64,000 nucleotides of DNA. Origin: an uncultured virus (IMG/VR IMGVR_UViG_3300024999_000085). Taxonomy: Duplodnaviria; Heunggongvirae; Uroviricota; Caudoviricetes. Positions 63,985 to 64,000 of the stretch are shown here, piece by piece. Positions within the stretch are counted from its first letter, which is position 1; the number at the start of each line of letters is the position of its first letter. The DNA lies in IMG/VR virus record IMGVR_UViG_3300024999_000085. One strand, given 5' to 3'. The notes beneath the pieces are model-generated. The model saw nothing but the letters and a program-made list of their open reading frames with translations, did not search any database and was not told the origin of the DNA. The translations under genes and the position numbers were made by a program.

Positions 63985-64000
63985 TGATCTGAAATTGAAT

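Noticed and set aside
1..64000. tRNA or rRNA genes
   Set aside because: No T-loop or cloverleaf signature and no rRNA-like GC-rich tract seen by eye; tRNAscan-SE would confirm

Overview
Very AT-rich window with roughly 100 mostly short ORFs, nearly all on the minus strand with Firmicutes-type Shine-Dalgarno sites (AGGAGG) and sigmaA promoters. It reads as the accessory/early region of a large Clostridia-like phage or phage-plasmid (inference; no virion, terminase or integrase gene lies in the window). Recognisable genes: thg1 interrupted by a LAGLIDADG homing endonuclease, GNAT, UvsE, a 3D-domain protein, a truncated DEDDh exonuclease, AbrB-like, HNH, two Rep-like proteins with adjacent repeats, DUF2786, DUF262, LPD11, DUF4258, DUF932, an amidoligase and a replication-relaxation protein. 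The non-coding DNA is the most interesting part. It holds about 17 copies of an 8-6-8 palindrome at gene boundaries with two accessory motifs (candidate cassette-recombination system), a pistol ribozyme, a twister-sister-like ribozyme, a twice-repeated covarying pseudoknot, a promoter family with a shared operator, rrn-type boxA elements and three parS sites. A dif-like site lies at a sharp G/C-skew switch near 60.6-61 kb. Several genes carry frameshifts or stops (decay or assembly error). All family assignments come from motif recognition by eye, not database searches.
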